Shown: piece after piece, positions 63,117-64,000 of the stretch
How positions within the stretch are numbered: position 1 is the first letter of the stretch
How the letters are laid out: each line of letters opens with the position of its first letter
IMG/VR virus record: IMGVR_UViG_3300015245_000006
Location: 648 to 64,647 of that record
DNA: 64,000 bases
From: a virus
Taxonomy: Duplodnaviria; Caudoviricetes
Strand: one strand, 5' to 3'
Program-made: the position numbers and the translations under genes
Notes under the pieces: model-generated
What the model saw: only the letters and a program-made list of their open reading frames with translations
Told to the model about the DNA's origin: nothing
The model's database searches: none

Positions 63117-63189
63117 GGCCAACCGCGGCATTGCGGCGCGAACCCGCTGTGAGAACAGCGTCATCGAGAAGTACGGGGCCGCCAAGTGA
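62911..63189 (+). CDS. o-spanin (Rz1-like lipoprotein)
   Basis: lipobox LTGC; +1-frame overlap; AAGGAG RBS. Confidence 0.8.
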   Translation: MCRRSLGWLILSGLVLMLTGCASSPGHLTVDLKALKECQRLGNQASLPDITEDSDYRNLSAAALGQLNKANRGIAARTRCENSVIEKYGAAK

Positions 63190-63575
63190 CCAACGAAGAG
63201 AACGGCCGCTTGCACGAGATGAGCGCTGAAATCGGCGGCCTCAAAGCCTCTCTCGAACTGCTTACGAAGATCTGGCAGCAACAGGATTCCGCAGCCGCAG
63301 CCGGCCGGCGAGCACTCTATGAAAAGTTTGAGTTGGTTCGCCAGGAGAGCGGCATCCAAATCGCCGGGCTCGGTATTCGAGTCGACCGGCTATCCGACCA
63401 GGTCAAGCTTGTCGAGCCATCCATTCAAGCCTTCAAGGACGAGAAGCTCCGAAAGGAAGGTGCCGAACGACTTGGTGTCAGGCTCTATACCGCGATGATC
63501 GCTGCGGCTGGCTTGGTCGGATGGGGACTCCACGAGTTCGGCGATAAGATTTCTGCTTGGCTGAAATCGTTCTAG
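63186..63575 (+). CDS. coiled-coil protein with C-terminal TM (holin/hemolysin XhlA-like)
   Basis: coiled coil plus LYTAMIAAAGLVGWGL; in lysis cassette. Confidence 0.6.
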   Translation: MTNEENGRLHEMSAEIGGLKASLELLTKIWQQQDSAAAAGRRALYEKFELVRQESGIQIAGLGIRVDRLSDQVKLVEPSIQAFKDEKLRKEGAERLGVRLYTAMIAAAGLVGWGLHEFGDKISAWLKSF

Positions 63576-63605
63576 CTGATACCAACACATAACTCCCATG
63601 ACTTG

Positions 63606-63638
63606 ACGGCCCCTCGCTCACGCGGGGGGCCGTTTTTC
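63606..63638 (+). terminator. intrinsic terminator ending the late operon
   Basis: ACGGCCCCTCGC-TCAC-GCGGGGGGCCGT followed by a T run. Confidence 0.85.
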
Positions 63639-63649
63639 TGTGTGTAATG

Positions 63650-63811
63650 TTAAGGCTGGATGCCGTAAATCTCGCATAGGTGCTGCCAATTTCGAGCGAA
63701 CCCATTCCCATGCCAGCCCGGCTTGGCGAACATCGGCCAGCCCGTCGCGTGGCCTCGATGCCCGGTGTTGAACCATCCTTGGGCTTTTGCTGCATGCTCG
63801 AAGCGACACAT
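63650..63811 (-). CDS. hypothetical protein (53 aa, below track cutoff)
   Basis: AAAGGAAA-N6-ATG; MCRFEHAAKAQGWFNTGHRGHATGWPMFAKPGWHGNGFARNWQHLCEIYGIQP. Confidence 0.6.
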   Translation of the reverse strand: MCRFEHAAKAQGWFNTGHRGHATGWPMFAKPGWHGNGFARNWQHLCEIYGIQP

Positions 63812-64000
63812 TTACGGTTTCCTTTCCCTGCTGTGATGAATAGATGAATTTTGCAGAGCGGGCCGGATGCGAACCCGGCTGTCTCGGGATGTTGCAATCC
63901 CTCATGCGGCCTTGCAAGATAGGACCACTACAGCCCTGTGCCGTGCGTGTCGCTTCCACGCCGCCGCTCTGCAAAATTCACGATTTCCTTTGCTGTGATG
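63810..64000 (-). repeat. two copies of leader motif CATCACAGCA(GGGA)AAGGAAA-yCGTrAAT
   Basis: plus strand 63810-63838 and 63976-64000. Confidence 0.75.
63845..63980 (-). ncRNA. non-canonical tRNA-like RNA
   Basis: 17-bp perfect closing stem; D-like arm GCGTG-GAAGCGA-CACGC; T-like arm GCCGG-GTTCGCAT-CCGGC abutting the 3' stem. Confidence 0.65.

Noticed and set aside
63618-63974. 118-aa minus-strand ORF across the terminal region
   Set aside because: Runs through the tRNA-like stem and terminator; the 53-aa ORF with a proper RBS fits better.
63845-63980. Canonical tRNA-Leu(UAG) or tmRNA
   Set aside because: Putative anticodon hairpin lacks U33 and is mis-spaced from the D arm; no CCA, no G3-U70 and too short for tmRNA.

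Overview
This 64 kb, GC-rich window is most or all of a tailed dsDNA phage genome with podovirus-like morphogenesis genes. An alphaproteobacterial host is my inference only. Layout: (1) a leftward early operon, ~1-8413, with a lipoprotein, Dam-like MTase, DUF1367, XRE HTH, RecT-like SSAP, DEDDh exonuclease and DUF6011; (2) a divergent promoter region, ~8414-8560; (3) a long rightward early/middle region of small ORFs, 8561-27580, with an HNH-like/Cro fusion, Gp37/Gp68, MT-A70, Lar-like, YfdP/YfdQ-like and DUF1376 genes; (4) a ~720 nt, densely base-paired, apparently non-coding segment, 27577-28300; (5) late genes: SLT, terminase, portal, fibres, scaffold, major capsid, adaptor/nozzle, GNAT, ejection proteins and a 3283-aa polyvalent protein; (6) a GH19 endolysin/spanin/holin-like cassette; (7) a convergent tRNA-like element at the right end. 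No integrase or CI-type repressor was recognised. The most striking observations: three RBS-equipped genes overprinted in the +1 frame inside the giant gene, each directly behind a discrete domain; a 48-aa segment shared between that protein and a stand-alone early gene; a candidate large ncRNA with several helix-ACCA ends; and a non-canonical tRNA mimic. All family calls are by-eye motif recognition, with no database searches.
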